From Halobacteriales archaeon (GTDB lineage: Archaea; Halobacteriota; Halobacteria; Halobacteriales; SKSH01), in NCBI GenBank assembly GCA_007118145.1, contig SKSD01000010.1, positions 69,896-133,895 of the forward strand: a DNA stretch of 64,000 nt, in the 5' to 3' direction. The notes under the pieces are model-generated. The model ran no database searches. It was not told where the DNA came from and was given only the letters and a program-made list of their open reading frames with translations. Shown here one piece after another: positions 1 through 10,220 of the stretch. The stretch's first letter is position 1. Each line of letters begins with the position of its first letter. Made by a program: the position numbers and the translations under genes.

Positions 1-335
1 CGGCAAGACTCATCGAGAACGATCCCACCACACCCATCGGACTCGAATTCACGAGAAACGATGCAGGTGCGCTGTTCAACGTGGCTGGTGTGGCTGTGAC
101 CGATGCTGCGGGCAACGCGTCACTCGCGAATGAAACCGTCAAACACCTTCTCGCTGCGGAGGGTCAACACTTCTTCGTCCGGGTCAATGGCGAGTATCCG
201 GTCATCGATGGTATCGAGTACGTCGGTGACCTCCCCAACCCGGATGCATTGGAGTCACCGAGGTATAATCTCAGCCAGCTCATCGATTTCGATGAAGTGA
301 ACCAGATACTCACAACGTACAACATGCGGGTGTGA
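1..335 (+). CDS. ABC transporter substrate-binding protein, C-terminal part (5-prime end lies outside window)
   Basis: Frame 3 is open from the window edge to TGA at 333-335. It lies directly upstream of a co-directional permease/ATPase pair. The tail resembles iron(III)/thiamine-type binding proteins, from recollection only. Confidence 0.6.
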   Translation, partial: ARLIENDPTTPIGLEFTRNDAGALFNVAGVAVTDAAGNASLANETVKHLLAAEGQHFFVRVNGEYPVIDGIEYVGDLPNPDALESPRYNLSQLIDFDEVNQILTTYNMRV

Positions 336-395
336 ACCCACTCGTATTGCGTCCCTACCGTTTTAGGAAGCCCTAAAAAAACACAGCTCCAAGAG

Positions 396-1988
396 TTGGG
401 TGACGAATCCGTGTCAACCTCAGCTCGACCGACCCTCGAGATACCCGATGATCACTGGAGCATCGGCCTTTTACTTATCTGCGCAGCCATCGCGGCGGCG
501 GTGATCTCTCCGCTCGTGTGGGTCTTCTGGCAGGCATCACAGGTGGACCTCGAGCAGGCGATCGAGCTGACCACGATGTCACAGACCCTCGGGATTATCC
601 CGAGATCGATCGCACTCATGGTGAGTGTGACAATCCTCTCGATGATCATCGGAGGTCCCCTCGCATTTCTCACCGGGCGGACGGATCTGCCAGCGAGTCG
701 ATTCTGGACGATAACCGCTGCGCTTCCACTGGTCATCCCGAGCTATATCGGGGCGTTCGCGTTCGTCTCTGCATTTGGACCACATGGCGAGTTCACCGAC
801 CTCCTCGGCATCGATGTGCCGACCATCGCTGGTTTCTGGGGTGCTGTATTGGTCATCACACTGTACACCTATCCGTATGTGTTCTTGACCACCCGGGCGG
901 CGTTACTCTCGATGGATGCCAGCCACGTCGATGCAGCACGCACCCTCAATGCGACCAGACTCGAGGCGTTCAGACGGATCACGATGCCGCGTATTCGGCC
1001 AGCGATAGCCGCTGGTGCCCTTCTCGTCGCTCTCTATGCGTTGGCAGATTTCGGTACGCCAGCGTTCATGCGTCTCGAGGTGTTCACCTCTGCGATCTAC
1101 TGGGAATGGGGTTTCGGTAACATCGAGTTCACCGCGCTCCTTGCGATACAGTTGCTCACAGTCGCCGCTGTCGTACTTGCGATCGAGGCACGTGTCGGTC
1201 GTGAGGTCAAACCCGGTGCGTCCGGTACGGGCACCCGTTTCAGGTTGGGTTGGCTCAGGTGGCCAGCGACCATTGCCCTGGCGTTTCTGGCCTTTCTCAC
1301 GCTCGTCGTTCCGGTCGTGATCTTCGGTATCTGGTTGACCAGAGACCCGTCGGTCGGTGCCGGTGTCGCGTTCAGACCAACATTCGCCATCAATTCACTC
1401 TATCTGGCTGCCGCGGCAGCGTTGGTCGCCGTGATCATGGCCGTTCCGGTGGCATATTACGCAGCCCGCGATGGGGGCATCCTCTCACGACTGTTCGAGC
1501 GAGCGACGTACGTCGGCTTTGCCGTCCCGGGGATTGTCATCGGTATCGCGCTGGTCTACTTCGGTGCGAACCTCATGCCTGCATTGTACCCGACCATACC
1601 ATTGCTGATCTTCGCATATGTGGTGCGCTTTCTCCCACAGGCCGTGGGCATCACCAGAAGTGCCGTCCTCCAGGTCGACGAACGGTACAGCGAGGCTGCA
1701 CGGACGCTCAACGCCAGTCGGTTTGGCTCGTTCAGACGGGTGATGCTCCCGTTGATCGTGCCCGGGGTCGTCGCTGGGGGCGGTCTCGTCTTCTTGACGA
1801 CCATCAAGGAGCTACCGGCAACGCTCATGTTGCAACCAGCTGGGCTCGAGACGCTTGTCACGGTCATCTGGCATGCCAACGAAACCCTGAGTTACGCGCA
1901 GGCTGCGATACCTGCACTCGTCCTCATCATCGTGTCGGGGCTTTCGATGTTGATCATCATCCGCCAGGAGCGATATCATGTTACGTGA
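396..1988 (+). CDS. ABC transporter permease with duplicated transmembrane domain (iron(III)/thiamine FbpB/ThiP type)
   Basis: 530 aa, polytopic. Two EAA-loop-like motifs (DAARTLNATRLEAFRRITMPRIRPAI and EAARTLNASRFGSFRRVMLPLIVPGV) indicate an internal duplication. TTG start, overlaps the ATPase gene by 11 nt. Confidence 0.85.
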   Translation: MGDESVSTSARPTLEIPDDHWSIGLLLICAAIAAAVISPLVWVFWQASQVDLEQAIELTTMSQTLGIIPRSIALMVSVTILSMIIGGPLAFLTGRTDLPASRFWTITAALPLVIPSYIGAFAFVSAFGPHGEFTDLLGIDVPTIAGFWGAVLVITLYTYPYVFLTTRAALLSMDASHVDAARTLNATRLEAFRRITMPRIRPAIAAGALLVALYALADFGTPAFMRLEVFTSAIYWEWGFGNIEFTALLAIQLLTVAAVVLAIEARVGREVKPGASGTGTRFRLGWLRWPATIALAFLAFLTLVVPVVIFGIWLTRDPSVGAGVAFRPTFAINSLYLAAAAALVAVIMAVPVAYYAARDGGILSRLFERATYVGFAVPGIVIGIALVYFGANLMPALYPTIPLLIFAYVVRFLPQAVGITRSAVLQVDERYSEAARTLNASRFGSFRRVMLPLIVPGVVAGGGLVFLTTIKELPATLMLQPAGLETLVTVIWHANETLSYAQAAIPALVLIIVSGLSMLIIIRQERYHVT

Positions 1989-3138
1989 GCATGCCCCACC
2001 GAACGGTTCATCTGAGGAGGCGAGGGCTACCCTCGAACATCCGCTGCTACGCCTCGAGGGCGTTCGCCGTGACTTTGGGAACGACTGCGCACTACAGGAG
2101 CTATCTCTCACCGTGTACGAAGGTGAGTTGCTCACGTTACTCGGGCCGTCGGGGTGTGGCAAGACCACCGCCCTCCGGTGCATTGCCGGCCTTGAAAACC
2201 TCGACGAGGGTCGCATCATCCTGGATGATGAGGTGATCGCGAATGCTGACCATTCGGTTCCACCCGAGCGACGCGATGTCGGCCTGGTCTTTCAGGACTT
2301 CGCCCTCTTCCCACATCTCACCGCTGCTGAGAACATCGCATTCGGAATCGAGGATTGGCCACGCGAGCAACGCCAGGCTCGCGTACACGAGCTGCTCGAA
2401 CTCGTCGACCTCGTCGACCAGGGTTCGAGCAAACCCGGCGAGCTCTCAGGGGGACAACAACAGCGTATCGCACTCGCCCGATCGCTCGCACCGGAGCCAG
2501 CCATCTTGCTACTCGACGAACCATTCTCGAACCTCGATGAGGCACAACGTGTCCGGATGCGTGAGGAGGTACGTCGTATCCTCAAGACCACCGGGACGAC
2601 TGCCATCTCGGTCACGCACGATCAGGAGGAGGCGCTTTCCATCTCTGACCGCCTCGCCGTCATGACCGACGGACACATCGAGCAGGTCGGCCATCCAGAG
2701 GCGGTCTTCCAACAGCCACGCTCACGGTTCGTCGCCGATTTCCTCGGCCATGCCGGCTTCCTCCCCGGACGCGTGATCGACGATGAAGTTGACACCTCGA
2801 TCGGTCGCATTCCACTCACACAGATCCGAGGGCTCACCGAGGACTATCAAGGTACTGACATCGATGTCCTCATCCGACCGGACGATATCACCGCGTTACC
2901 CGCACCGCCTGAGCGGGCTGATGGCCAGGTAATCTACCGACGGTACCTCGGGCCGTCGGTCTTGTATCGCGTGAAGGTCGGTGACGGTGTCTCACTCGAG
3001 ACATTACACAATCACTCAGACCAGATCGACCTCGACGAACCGGTATCGATACACCTCACCGCCGAGCACGAACTCGCATGGTTCCCTCGTGAGGGCGACC
3101 TCGCTGGCTATGCGGATGATCGCGACACATCGAATTGA
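1978..3138 (+). CDS. ABC transporter ATP-binding protein (FbpC/PotA-like)
   Basis: Walker A GPSGCGKTT, signature LSGGQQQRIALARSL, Walker B ILLLDEPFSNLD, plus a C-terminal TOBE-like extension. Confidence 0.9.
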   Translation: MLREHAPPNGSSEEARATLEHPLLRLEGVRRDFGNDCALQELSLTVYEGELLTLLGPSGCGKTTALRCIAGLENLDEGRIILDDEVIANADHSVPPERRDVGLVFQDFALFPHLTAAENIAFGIEDWPREQRQARVHELLELVDLVDQGSSKPGELSGGQQQRIALARSLAPEPAILLLDEPFSNLDEAQRVRMREEVRRILKTTGTTAISVTHDQEEALSISDRLAVMTDGHIEQVGHPEAVFQQPRSRFVADFLGHAGFLPGRVIDDEVDTSIGRIPLTQIRGLTEDYQGTDIDVLIRPDDITALPAPPERADGQVIYRRYLGPSVLYRVKVGDGVSLETLHNHSDQIDLDEPVSIHLTAEHELAWFPREGDLAGYADDRDTSN

Positions 3139-3244
3139 AGGAATTCGGGCAAATCCGAGGGGGCAACTTGTTGCGTGCCACGGCATAACATGTCTCGATT
3201 CAGAGTAATTCTTATCACCTGACCGGGGCCTACCTCATGATATC

Positions 3245-3523
3245 ATGCACAAAGACGAGTTACTCGAACTCCACGAGATGATGGTGACGATCATGGAGCA
3301 CTTCAGAGACCGACCCGATATCGATCCCACCCTCTTCGACCAGTATGACGAACTCGATGTCAAACCGAGCGATGTGCATAAATCAAAGAGTGAGCACAAG
3401 CATGCGGTGTTTGTCCTTGGTAACTCACTGGCGAACGCGATGAGTGATGACGAGTTCTCAAGCGCAGGGCGCATCGGAAAGCGCATGGAGGAACTCGCAG
3501 AGGATACCGAGAAACGACTTTAA
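3245..3523 (+). CDS. small conserved archaeal protein (UPF0058-like)
   Basis: 92 aa acidic ORF starting MHKDELLELHEMMV, which resembles the UPF0058 family as I remember it. A T5 run follows the stop (3534-3538). Confidence 0.55.
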   Translation: MHKDELLELHEMMVTIMEHFRDRPDIDPTLFDQYDELDVKPSDVHKSKSEHKHAVFVLGNSLANAMSDDEFSSAGRIGKRMEELAEDTEKRL

Positions 3524-3565
3524 AGCGAACCTATTTTTCCCTCCCCCACCCAGGGTGCGGCGAGG

Positions 3566-4453
3566 ATGGTTTCCGAACTCTTCGATGAGGAGGTCTGGTC
3601 GGTCGTCGACTGTGTTGAGTACGGCGATATCACCTATCATATCCACGAGGATGGTGAGACCGCCCGGATCGCTTTCGACCGCCCGGCTGTTCGAAACGCG
3701 TTTCGACCCGAGACGGTTGACGAACTCTATGACGCACTCGAGCATGCCAGACAACACGTCGATATCGGCTGCGTCCTGCTCACCGGTAACGGCCCCTCAC
3801 CGAAAGACGGTGGGTGGGCGTTCTCAGCCGGTGGTGACCAGGTGATCAGAGGTCGAGCTGGGTATGACTATCACCGTGATGAGGATCCATCAGCACCGAT
3901 CGGCCGCCTGCATATCCTCGAGGTCCAGCGATTGATCCGGTTCATGCCGAAACCTGTCATCGCGGTTGTCCCTGGGTGGGCTGTCGGTGGGGGTCATAGT
4001 CTGCACGTCACGTGTGACCTCACCATCGCCAGCGAAGAGCATGCCAGGTTCATGCAGACCGATCCCGATGTAGGTAGCTTCGATGGTGGATTCGGTTCAG
4101 CGTATCTCGCCAGGCAGGTCGGCCAGAAGAAGGCACGTGAGATATTCTTCATCGGCAAGGAGTACGATGCTCAATCTGCAGCCGACATGGGGATGGTCAA
4201 CGCCGTCGTCAAACATGATCACCTCGAGGAGATTGCTCTCGAGTGGGCACACGAGATCAACACGAAGAGTCCAACAGCCATCAAGATGCTCAAGTTCGCG
4301 TTCAATCTCGATAGCGACGGACTCATCGGCCAGCAGGTGTTCGCCGGCGAGGCGACGAGGCTGTTCTACATGACCGAGGAGGCACAAGAGGGGCGGGACG
4401 CATTCGTCGAGAACAGACGACCTCGGTTCGAGGAGTATCCCTGGCGCTACTGA
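3566..4453 (+). CDS. menB: 1,4-dihydroxy-2-naphthoyl-CoA synthase
   Basis: Crotonase fold with MenB-type motifs GGWAFSAGGDQ and VPGWAVGGGHSLHVTCDLTIAS. Sits in a men gene neighbourhood. Confidence 0.9.
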   Translation: MVSELFDEEVWSVVDCVEYGDITYHIHEDGETARIAFDRPAVRNAFRPETVDELYDALEHARQHVDIGCVLLTGNGPSPKDGGWAFSAGGDQVIRGRAGYDYHRDEDPSAPIGRLHILEVQRLIRFMPKPVIAVVPGWAVGGGHSLHVTCDLTIASEEHARFMQTDPDVGSFDGGFGSAYLARQVGQKKAREIFFIGKEYDAQSAADMGMVNAVVKHDHLEEIALEWAHEINTKSPTAIKMLKFAFNLDSDGLIGQQVFAGEATRLFYMTEEAQEGRDAFVENRRPRFEEYPWRY

Positions 4454-4644
4454 GCAATTCACGAAAGGCTTTTCACGCCAGCTCACACGAGCAATGCTAG
4501 AGGCCGATGGAGACCCGTATTTTCTGACCGGATCGGTCGCACCTCGATGAGTGTTGCCTGCATCAGTGCCGAGGGCTGTCGCTAGCGATCGATCATACCA
4601 GACAGAGATCGCCGAGTGAACACGCCGTTACCCACCACAACACC

Positions 4645-5928
4645 ATGCAACATTCAAATACAACGATGCAACAGAAGGATGCGCTCGTCGCCAAACGGCG
4701 CAGCGAATCACCAGTCGACACCGACGAGATCGTCGCATTGGCCACTGCTGCGGGATACACAGTGGCCGATACCGTGACCCAGGTCCGTCATGAGGATCCC
4801 GGACTGTACTTCGGTGCCGGGAAGGTAGATGCGATCGCGGCAATGGTCGGATCGAACGAGATATCGACCGTCATCGTCGACGGTGAACTCACCCCGGCAC
4901 AGCATCGAAACATCGCCGAACGATTGCCCGACGAGACCCGACTGATCGACCGTATCCGGCTCATTCTCGATATCTTCGCCGACCAGGCAACCGACACCCG
5001 TGCTAAGTTACAGGTCGAGCGGGAACAGCTTCGATACGAGCTATCGAGATATGAGGCGGCTCCAGATGAGGGTTGGTTCAACCGACGCACAGAGAAGGGC
5101 TCGCCCCGTTATGACCTACTCGACCGTATCGACCGCCTCAAACAAAAGCTCGAGGAGACACCACATCCCGGTGTGCGGATGCGACGCCAGCGTCGCGAGC
5201 AGGGGTTCGATCTCGTCACGATAGCCGGTTACACGAACGCCGGAAAGTCGACGTTGTTACATCGACTGGCTGACGATCTCGAGCTCTCCGCTCACGACGA
5301 CCATCATCAGGATACCTCGGCCACAGCTGCCATCGAGGATCGGCTCTTCAAGACGCTCGAGACGACCACACGTCGGGTCACCATCCGTGGTCGACCGGTA
5401 CTGTGTACCGACACCGTTGGGTATGTCGAAGCGCTCCCCCATCGTCTGATCGCATCATTCAGTGAGACACTCTCAGAGGCTGCCTCCGCAGATGTCGTGT
5501 TGTTGGTCACCGATGGGTCGGACGAACCCGACAGGTACCGTGATAAATTACAGGTCTCGATCGACGTGCTCGACGAACAGGGTGTCGACCGATCACGAGT
5601 CATCCCGGTCATCAACAAGATCGATCGCATCGATGAGCGAACGCTGCGAGAGCGCAAAGCACTCACCACCGGAGCGCTTTGCGAACCCGTGGCGATCAGT
5701 GCACGTGACGGTCGACACATCGATCGACTCCTCCAGCGTATCTACGAACACCTCCCGGTCGATCGCCGAGTCCTTGAGTTGCCGAATGAGGCAGCCGCGA
5801 TGTCACTCGTCTCTGAGGCATACGAGACCATGGATGTCAACGATGTCACCTATGAGGGTGATACGATACGCCTCGATGTCGAAGGTCGACCATCGGTCAT
5901 CGATACCTTCGAGGCACGCGTCCAGTAG
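4645..5928 (+). CDS. hflX: GTPase HflX
   Basis: G1 GYTNAGKST, G3 DTVGY, G4 NKID, with an HflX-type N-terminal domain. An alternative ATG exists at 4666. Confidence 0.85.
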   Translation: MQHSNTTMQQKDALVAKRRSESPVDTDEIVALATAAGYTVADTVTQVRHEDPGLYFGAGKVDAIAAMVGSNEISTVIVDGELTPAQHRNIAERLPDETRLIDRIRLILDIFADQATDTRAKLQVEREQLRYELSRYEAAPDEGWFNRRTEKGSPRYDLLDRIDRLKQKLEETPHPGVRMRRQRREQGFDLVTIAGYTNAGKSTLLHRLADDLELSAHDDHHQDTSATAAIEDRLFKTLETTTRRVTIRGRPVLCTDTVGYVEALPHRLIASFSETLSEAASADVVLLVTDGSDEPDRYRDKLQVSIDVLDEQGVDRSRVIPVINKIDRIDERTLRERKALTTGALCEPVAISARDGRHIDRLLQRIYEHLPVDRRVLELPNEAAAMSLVSEAYETMDVNDVTYEGDTIRLDVEGRPSVIDTFEARVQ

Positions 5929-5998
5929 AGTTCTGACTCGAACTGATGGTGGGGACGTTTGGCAACGTTTTCACCCCTCGGGGTGCGAGGGTCGCTCG

Positions 5999-6934
5999 AT
6001 GGAGGAGACCGGTACTGGTGACCGCCTTCGGGCATGGTGGACTGCAGCCAGGGTACACACACTCCCGGCAGGTGCAGCACCGGTCATCGTCGGTATCGGT
6101 ATCGCCCTCGAGCAGGAGATGTTCGCCCCCTGGCCTGCATTGGCAGCGCTGGTAGGGGCGTTGCTCATCCAGATCGGCACCAACTTCGCCAACGACTATT
6201 ACGATGCGATCAAGGGTGTCGATACACCTGACCGAGAGGGCTTTACGAGGGTGACCGCAGCCGGACTGCTTCGCCCAGCAGCGGTTCGTGATGCGATGAT
6301 TCTCACATTTACCGCATCGATCGTCCTCGGTGCGTACTTGGTCTATGTTGGTGGCATACCGATCCTGGTGATCGGGTTACTCAGCGTGGCTGCGGGTATT
6401 GCCTACACGGGCGGGCCGATGCCGTTTGGTTACCGTGGTCTCGGTGACCTCTTCGTGTTCGTCTTCTTCGGGCTGATAGCCGTGGTCGGCACGTTCTACG
6501 TTCAGGCCGCATCGATCGTCGCCGACCCACTCACACGGACAGTCCCTGCGGGGACGGTCGTCCTCGAATCTGGCCTCGCTGGTGTGGCGATGGGTGGACT
6601 CATCACAGCCATCCTCATCATCAACAACATCCGCGATATCGAAGAAGATCGCCAGGCTGGTAAACGGACATTGGCGGTCATCATCGGTCGTCGATGGAGC
6701 CGTGTGGAATTTTTACTTATGGTCTCCGTCGCCTACATCGTCCCGCTGTGGTTCATCATCGAGGGAGAGATGATCGGTGCTGGACTTGTCTTCCTGAGCC
6801 TCCCACTCGCGGGTTTGGTTGGTCGCGCAGTGCTCAGCGGGGTCGATGGGGCGACGTTGAACCCAGCCTTGACCAACATGGGAAGAGTCGTCCTTAGCTA
6901 TGCGCTGTTGTTCGCCATCGGGGTGAACCTGTGA
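5999..6934 (+). CDS. menA: 1,4-dihydroxy-2-naphthoate polyprenyltransferase
   Basis: UbiA-family polytopic protein with NFANDYYD motif. The ORF-track ORF 5462-6934 was trimmed to the ATG at 5999, because the upstream part overlaps hflX in another frame. Confidence 0.85.
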   Translation: MEETGTGDRLRAWWTAARVHTLPAGAAPVIVGIGIALEQEMFAPWPALAALVGALLIQIGTNFANDYYDAIKGVDTPDREGFTRVTAAGLLRPAAVRDAMILTFTASIVLGAYLVYVGGIPILVIGLLSVAAGIAYTGGPMPFGYRGLGDLFVFVFFGLIAVVGTFYVQAASIVADPLTRTVPAGTVVLESGLAGVAMGGLITAILIINNIRDIEEDRQAGKRTLAVIIGRRWSRVEFLLMVSVAYIVPLWFIIEGEMIGAGLVFLSLPLAGLVGRAVLSGVDGATLNPALTNMGRVVLSYALLFAIGVNL

Positions 6935-7956
6935 CGGACCTATCATACACCTCGTTCGAGATACCACTCGCCGACCCACTCCAGACGGCCTCTGGGAGTA
7001 TCGATACACGACGTGGATTCGTGGTTCGATACGGAGATGGTCTCGGTGAGGCGACACCGCTCAGTGGTTGGACGGAGACACCGAAAGCGACCGAGGAGGC
7101 ACTCGAAGCGGCCGGTGAGCATGTGCCCGGTGCTCCCTCGCGTGGGTTACTTGCATGTGATGATGCCCCAGCTGCACGGCATGGGCTCAGTCAGGCGATG
7201 CTTGATCACCACGCCAGACGACGTGGCCTCCCTCTGTACCGATATCTCGGGGCGTCGGAACCCATCCATACGGTCACCGTCAATGCGATACTGGATGAGA
7301 CACCCGTCGATGCGCTCACGACGCAGGCGAGTCAGGCGATCGCAGACGGGTTTCGCACCCTCAAGCTCAAGGTCGGCCGAGGACCGATCGATCACGATAT
7401 CGAGCGCCTCAGGCAGCTTCGCCGCACAGTGGGTGATGAGATCGAGCTCCGTGCAGATGCCAATGGTAGCTGGTCGACAGCAAACGCGGTCGGTGTGTGT
7501 AGGCAGGTTCGCGAGCTCGACCTTGCGTATCTCGAACAGCCCACCTCGGTGCACGACACAGCAAACCTCGGGGTGCTGGCTGAGACTGGCGTACCCATCG
7601 CACTCGATGAGACCATCGCGGCTGGTGAGGTACTGACCGCACTCCGTTCGCCGGTCACGGCAATCATCATCAAACCGATGGCTGTCGGCGGGATCGACCG
7701 CGCACTTGCGATTGCAAAGGCGACACGGCAGTGTGGGAAGCTCCCCGTGATCAGCGACCTTATCACCGGTGCGGTGGGGCGGGCAGGTGCGATCCACCTG
7801 GCTGCGGTGGTGAACGCGGCAACAGCACACGGGCTGGCGACCGGTTCGCGCCTCGATGGCGATCTCGTCGAGGGTGTCGGTGCGGTGACGAACGGGTGTG
7901 TGTCCGTCCCATCGGGTCTCGGTATCGGTCTCGACACCGAGGTGTTCAGACGGTGA
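6931..7956 (+). CDS. menC: o-succinylbenzoate synthase (enolase superfamily)
   Basis: Motifs KLKVG, LRADANGSW, LEQP, IALDET. GTG start in a GTGA overlap with the menA stop. Confidence 0.8.
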   Translation: MTDLSYTSFEIPLADPLQTASGSIDTRRGFVVRYGDGLGEATPLSGWTETPKATEEALEAAGEHVPGAPSRGLLACDDAPAARHGLSQAMLDHHARRRGLPLYRYLGASEPIHTVTVNAILDETPVDALTTQASQAIADGFRTLKLKVGRGPIDHDIERLRQLRRTVGDEIELRADANGSWSTANAVGVCRQVRELDLAYLEQPTSVHDTANLGVLAETGVPIALDETIAAGEVLTALRSPVTAIIIKPMAVGGIDRALAIAKATRQCGKLPVISDLITGAVGRAGAIHLAAVVNAATAHGLATGSRLDGDLVEGVGAVTNGCVSVPSGLGIGLDTEVFRR

Positions 7957-9389
7957 TCGGCCACCCCATACCCGACCTGCTCGCAAGCAGGAGTCGGTCA
8001 ACACCGGATGATGAGGTGCTCGTCATCGAGGGTGGTCGCCGGTACACCGCCAGCCAGCTTGACACCGCTGTCGCCTACCGTGCGGGTGCCATCGCCGAGC
8101 AACTGGAGGGTGACCACCAGCGTATTGGTATCAGCACCCCATCCCGTCATGAGGCACTCCTCGATGTACTGGCGACGATTCGAGCAGGTGGTGTCGCCAC
8201 GCCTGTTGACCCGGGTCTCGCCCGTGGGGATTACCTCGAACGCATCGAGTCAGGCGGTCTTGACGGCCTCATCATCGATGACGACCTCGCCGACGAGATC
8301 GGCGTGTCAGAACGTGATATCGCGCGAGTACAGACCACAGCATCAGCCGCACCGATACATGAGCGCTCGTTCGACCCACACAGTCCGTGCACCATGTTGT
8401 TCACCTCCGGGACACAGGGTGTGCCCAAATCGATAGTCCATACATGGTGGAATCACGTCGCCGCAGCGATCGCATCGGCTAAACGGCTCGGTGTCGAGCC
8501 CGACGATCGCTGGTACGACCCTCTCGCGCTCTACCACATGGGTGGGCTCGCCCCGATATCGCGCTGTCTGGTCGCAGGCATCCCGTTGGTGATCTCGCGA
8601 TCGGTGACCGCTAACAGGTTGCTCCAGCGGATCGATACCGCAGATGCATCAATCGCGTCGGTCGTACCCACCATGGTCCACGCCATCCTCGAGACCAATG
8701 GGCACACTCCAGACGCACTTCGATGTCTACTGGTCGGTGGTGCGCCACTGCGTGAGAGCCTGTTCGATCGTGCACGTTCTCGTGGTATCCCGATATGGTC
8801 GAGCTATGGACACACCGAGACCGTCGGGCAAGTGACGACCGCCACACCAGCCGAACGATCACGCCATCCAGGGACCGTCGGCACACCACTGCTCGGTATG
8901 TCAGTTCGGGTCGTCGAAGGGGGCGAACCATGTCCACCGGAGCGTATCGGGACGATCGAGATAACGGGTGAGATGGTGACACCGACAGCTGGTGACGGGG
9001 ATGGAGGGCATACAGCCACACTGGTGACGAACGATCTTGGCTACCGTGACGCGTTCGGACGCCTCTGGGTGGTCGGCCGTGTCGATGACGTCATCCAGAC
9101 AGGTGGGAAACTCGTACACCCGTTTCGTATCCAACAGGTGTTAGAGTCACATCCCGGTGTGAGCGAGGCTGCCGTTGTCGGTCTCCCTGACGACAGGTGG
9201 GGTGAGCTTGTATCGGCTGCGGTGATACCGTCCGATGTTGAGGTGACCATCGATGAACTCCTCGATAGGTGTCGCCAGGCGCTCCCATCGCATGCGATAC
9301 CACGACACATCGAACACGTCGATACACTGCCTCGAACACCCTCCGGGACGGTGGATAGAACCGCCCTGCGTGAACGTCTCTCACGATGA
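7953..9389 (+). CDS. menE: o-succinylbenzoate-CoA ligase (AMP-binding enzyme)
   Basis: AMP-binding motifs FTSGTQGVPKS and YGHTET. Trimmed to the GTG at 7953, in a GTGA overlap with the menC stop. Confidence 0.8.
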   Translation: MIGHPIPDLLASRSRSTPDDEVLVIEGGRRYTASQLDTAVAYRAGAIAEQLEGDHQRIGISTPSRHEALLDVLATIRAGGVATPVDPGLARGDYLERIESGGLDGLIIDDDLADEIGVSERDIARVQTTASAAPIHERSFDPHSPCTMLFTSGTQGVPKSIVHTWWNHVAAAIASAKRLGVEPDDRWYDPLALYHMGGLAPISRCLVAGIPLVISRSVTANRLLQRIDTADASIASVVPTMVHAILETNGHTPDALRCLLVGGAPLRESLFDRARSRGIPIWSSYGHTETVGQVTTATPAERSRHPGTVGTPLLGMSVRVVEGGEPCPPERIGTIEITGEMVTPTAGDGDGGHTATLVTNDLGYRDAFGRLWVVGRVDDVIQTGGKLVHPFRIQQVLESHPGVSEAAVVGLPDDRWGELVSAAVIPSDVEVTIDELLDRCRQALPSHAIPRHIEHVDTLPRTPSGTVDRTALRERLSR

Positions 9390-9438
9390 GCGAAGACCCG
9401 CGAGGTTTATGGTCAAATGGTGTGGAGATTCAACCCCA

Positions 9439-10146
9439 GTGTGTAGCTTGTTATTGGCTTGGCAACTGCTCTCTGATACACCGGTCGCACTCGCGGCCAA
9501 CCGCGATGAGCGATATGACCGACCGGCGAACGGTCCACGATTACTCTCTGCCGACCCGAGGGTACTCGCCCCGATCGATCATACCGCAGGGGGAACCTGG
9601 ATCGGCGTGAACGAACATGGCCTCGTCGTTGCCCTTGCCAACCGACGCGATGGGCCCGAGGGTGAGCGTTCTCGTGGACAGCTCGTCCGTGATCTCCTCG
9701 GGACCGATACGAGCGACGAGGCACGTACGTTCCTCGCCTCGTTACTCGCTGAGCACCAGTACGCAGGTTTTCATCTCCTGCTTGTCGACCCGTTCGACGC
9801 ATTTTACGCGACCTGGGACGGCACGCTCGATGGCATCGAGTTACACCCAGGTGTGCACGTGCTCGATAACGAGGGTCTTGATGAGGATGCATCTATCTCA
9901 CGCGATGTCCGCGGGCGCCTCGAACCCTCGGTCGGAGAGAGCGCTGATGAGTGGCTTAAGCGGGCCACGGCGATGCTCGCTGATCACGACCTCGGCCTGT
10001 GCAGGCATGGAGATGATTTCGGTACCGTATCAGCCACCCGGATCGCCGTCCACGACAAGAGCGACGCGTTCATCTCGTTCGATTATGCGGGTGGACCCCC
10101 ATGTACGACCGCATTCGAGGATGTGACACCGGAAGGCCACATTTAA
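9439..10146 (+). CDS. NRDE family protein (TANGO2/DUF833-like)
   Basis: LAANRDE motif near the N-terminus. The family usually starts M-C-x-L-L, which fits the GTG at 9439 (VCSLLLAW). An alternative ATG lies at 9409. Confidence 0.7.
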   Translation: MCSLLLAWQLLSDTPVALAANRDERYDRPANGPRLLSADPRVLAPIDHTAGGTWIGVNEHGLVVALANRRDGPEGERSRGQLVRDLLGTDTSDEARTFLASLLAEHQYAGFHLLLVDPFDAFYATWDGTLDGIELHPGVHVLDNEGLDEDASISRDVRGRLEPSVGESADEWLKRATAMLADHDLGLCRHGDDFGTVSATRIAVHDKSDAFISFDYAGGPPCTTAFEDVTPEGHI

Positions 10147-10220
10147 GCCACACCATCACGTCGATTCGCCCGAGACTGAAGACACGTCTGGCATCGACGC
10201 CACATACCTCGAATCCACCC

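Noticed and set aside
1250-2236. 328-aa ORF in an alternative frame across the ABC permease/ATPase junction. It represents a class of long shadow ORFs: 7147-8004, 7392-7964, 15971-16651, 16648-17604, 19650-20276, 21779-22576, 25599-26474, 29978-30640, 38036-38728, 43205-43915, 58955-59680.
   Set aside because: Each lies entirely within or antisense to a gene with clear family motifs. Their products are Arg/Ser/Pro-rich with low complexity, the usual artefact of high-GC DNA lacking stop codons in off-frames.
5462-5998. N-terminal extensions of ORF-track ORFs. menA from 5462, menE from 7731, NRDE from 9253, wHTH from 10101, tfb from 12252, AlkA-like from 22720, sdhC from 23616, sdhB from 24156, PGM from 29703, UDP-glucose dehydrogenase from 32991.
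   Set aside because: The extensions overlap the preceding gene in another frame and lack the acidic composition of the real proteins. The conserved family N-termini begin at the internal ATG/GTG codons given in the feature list.
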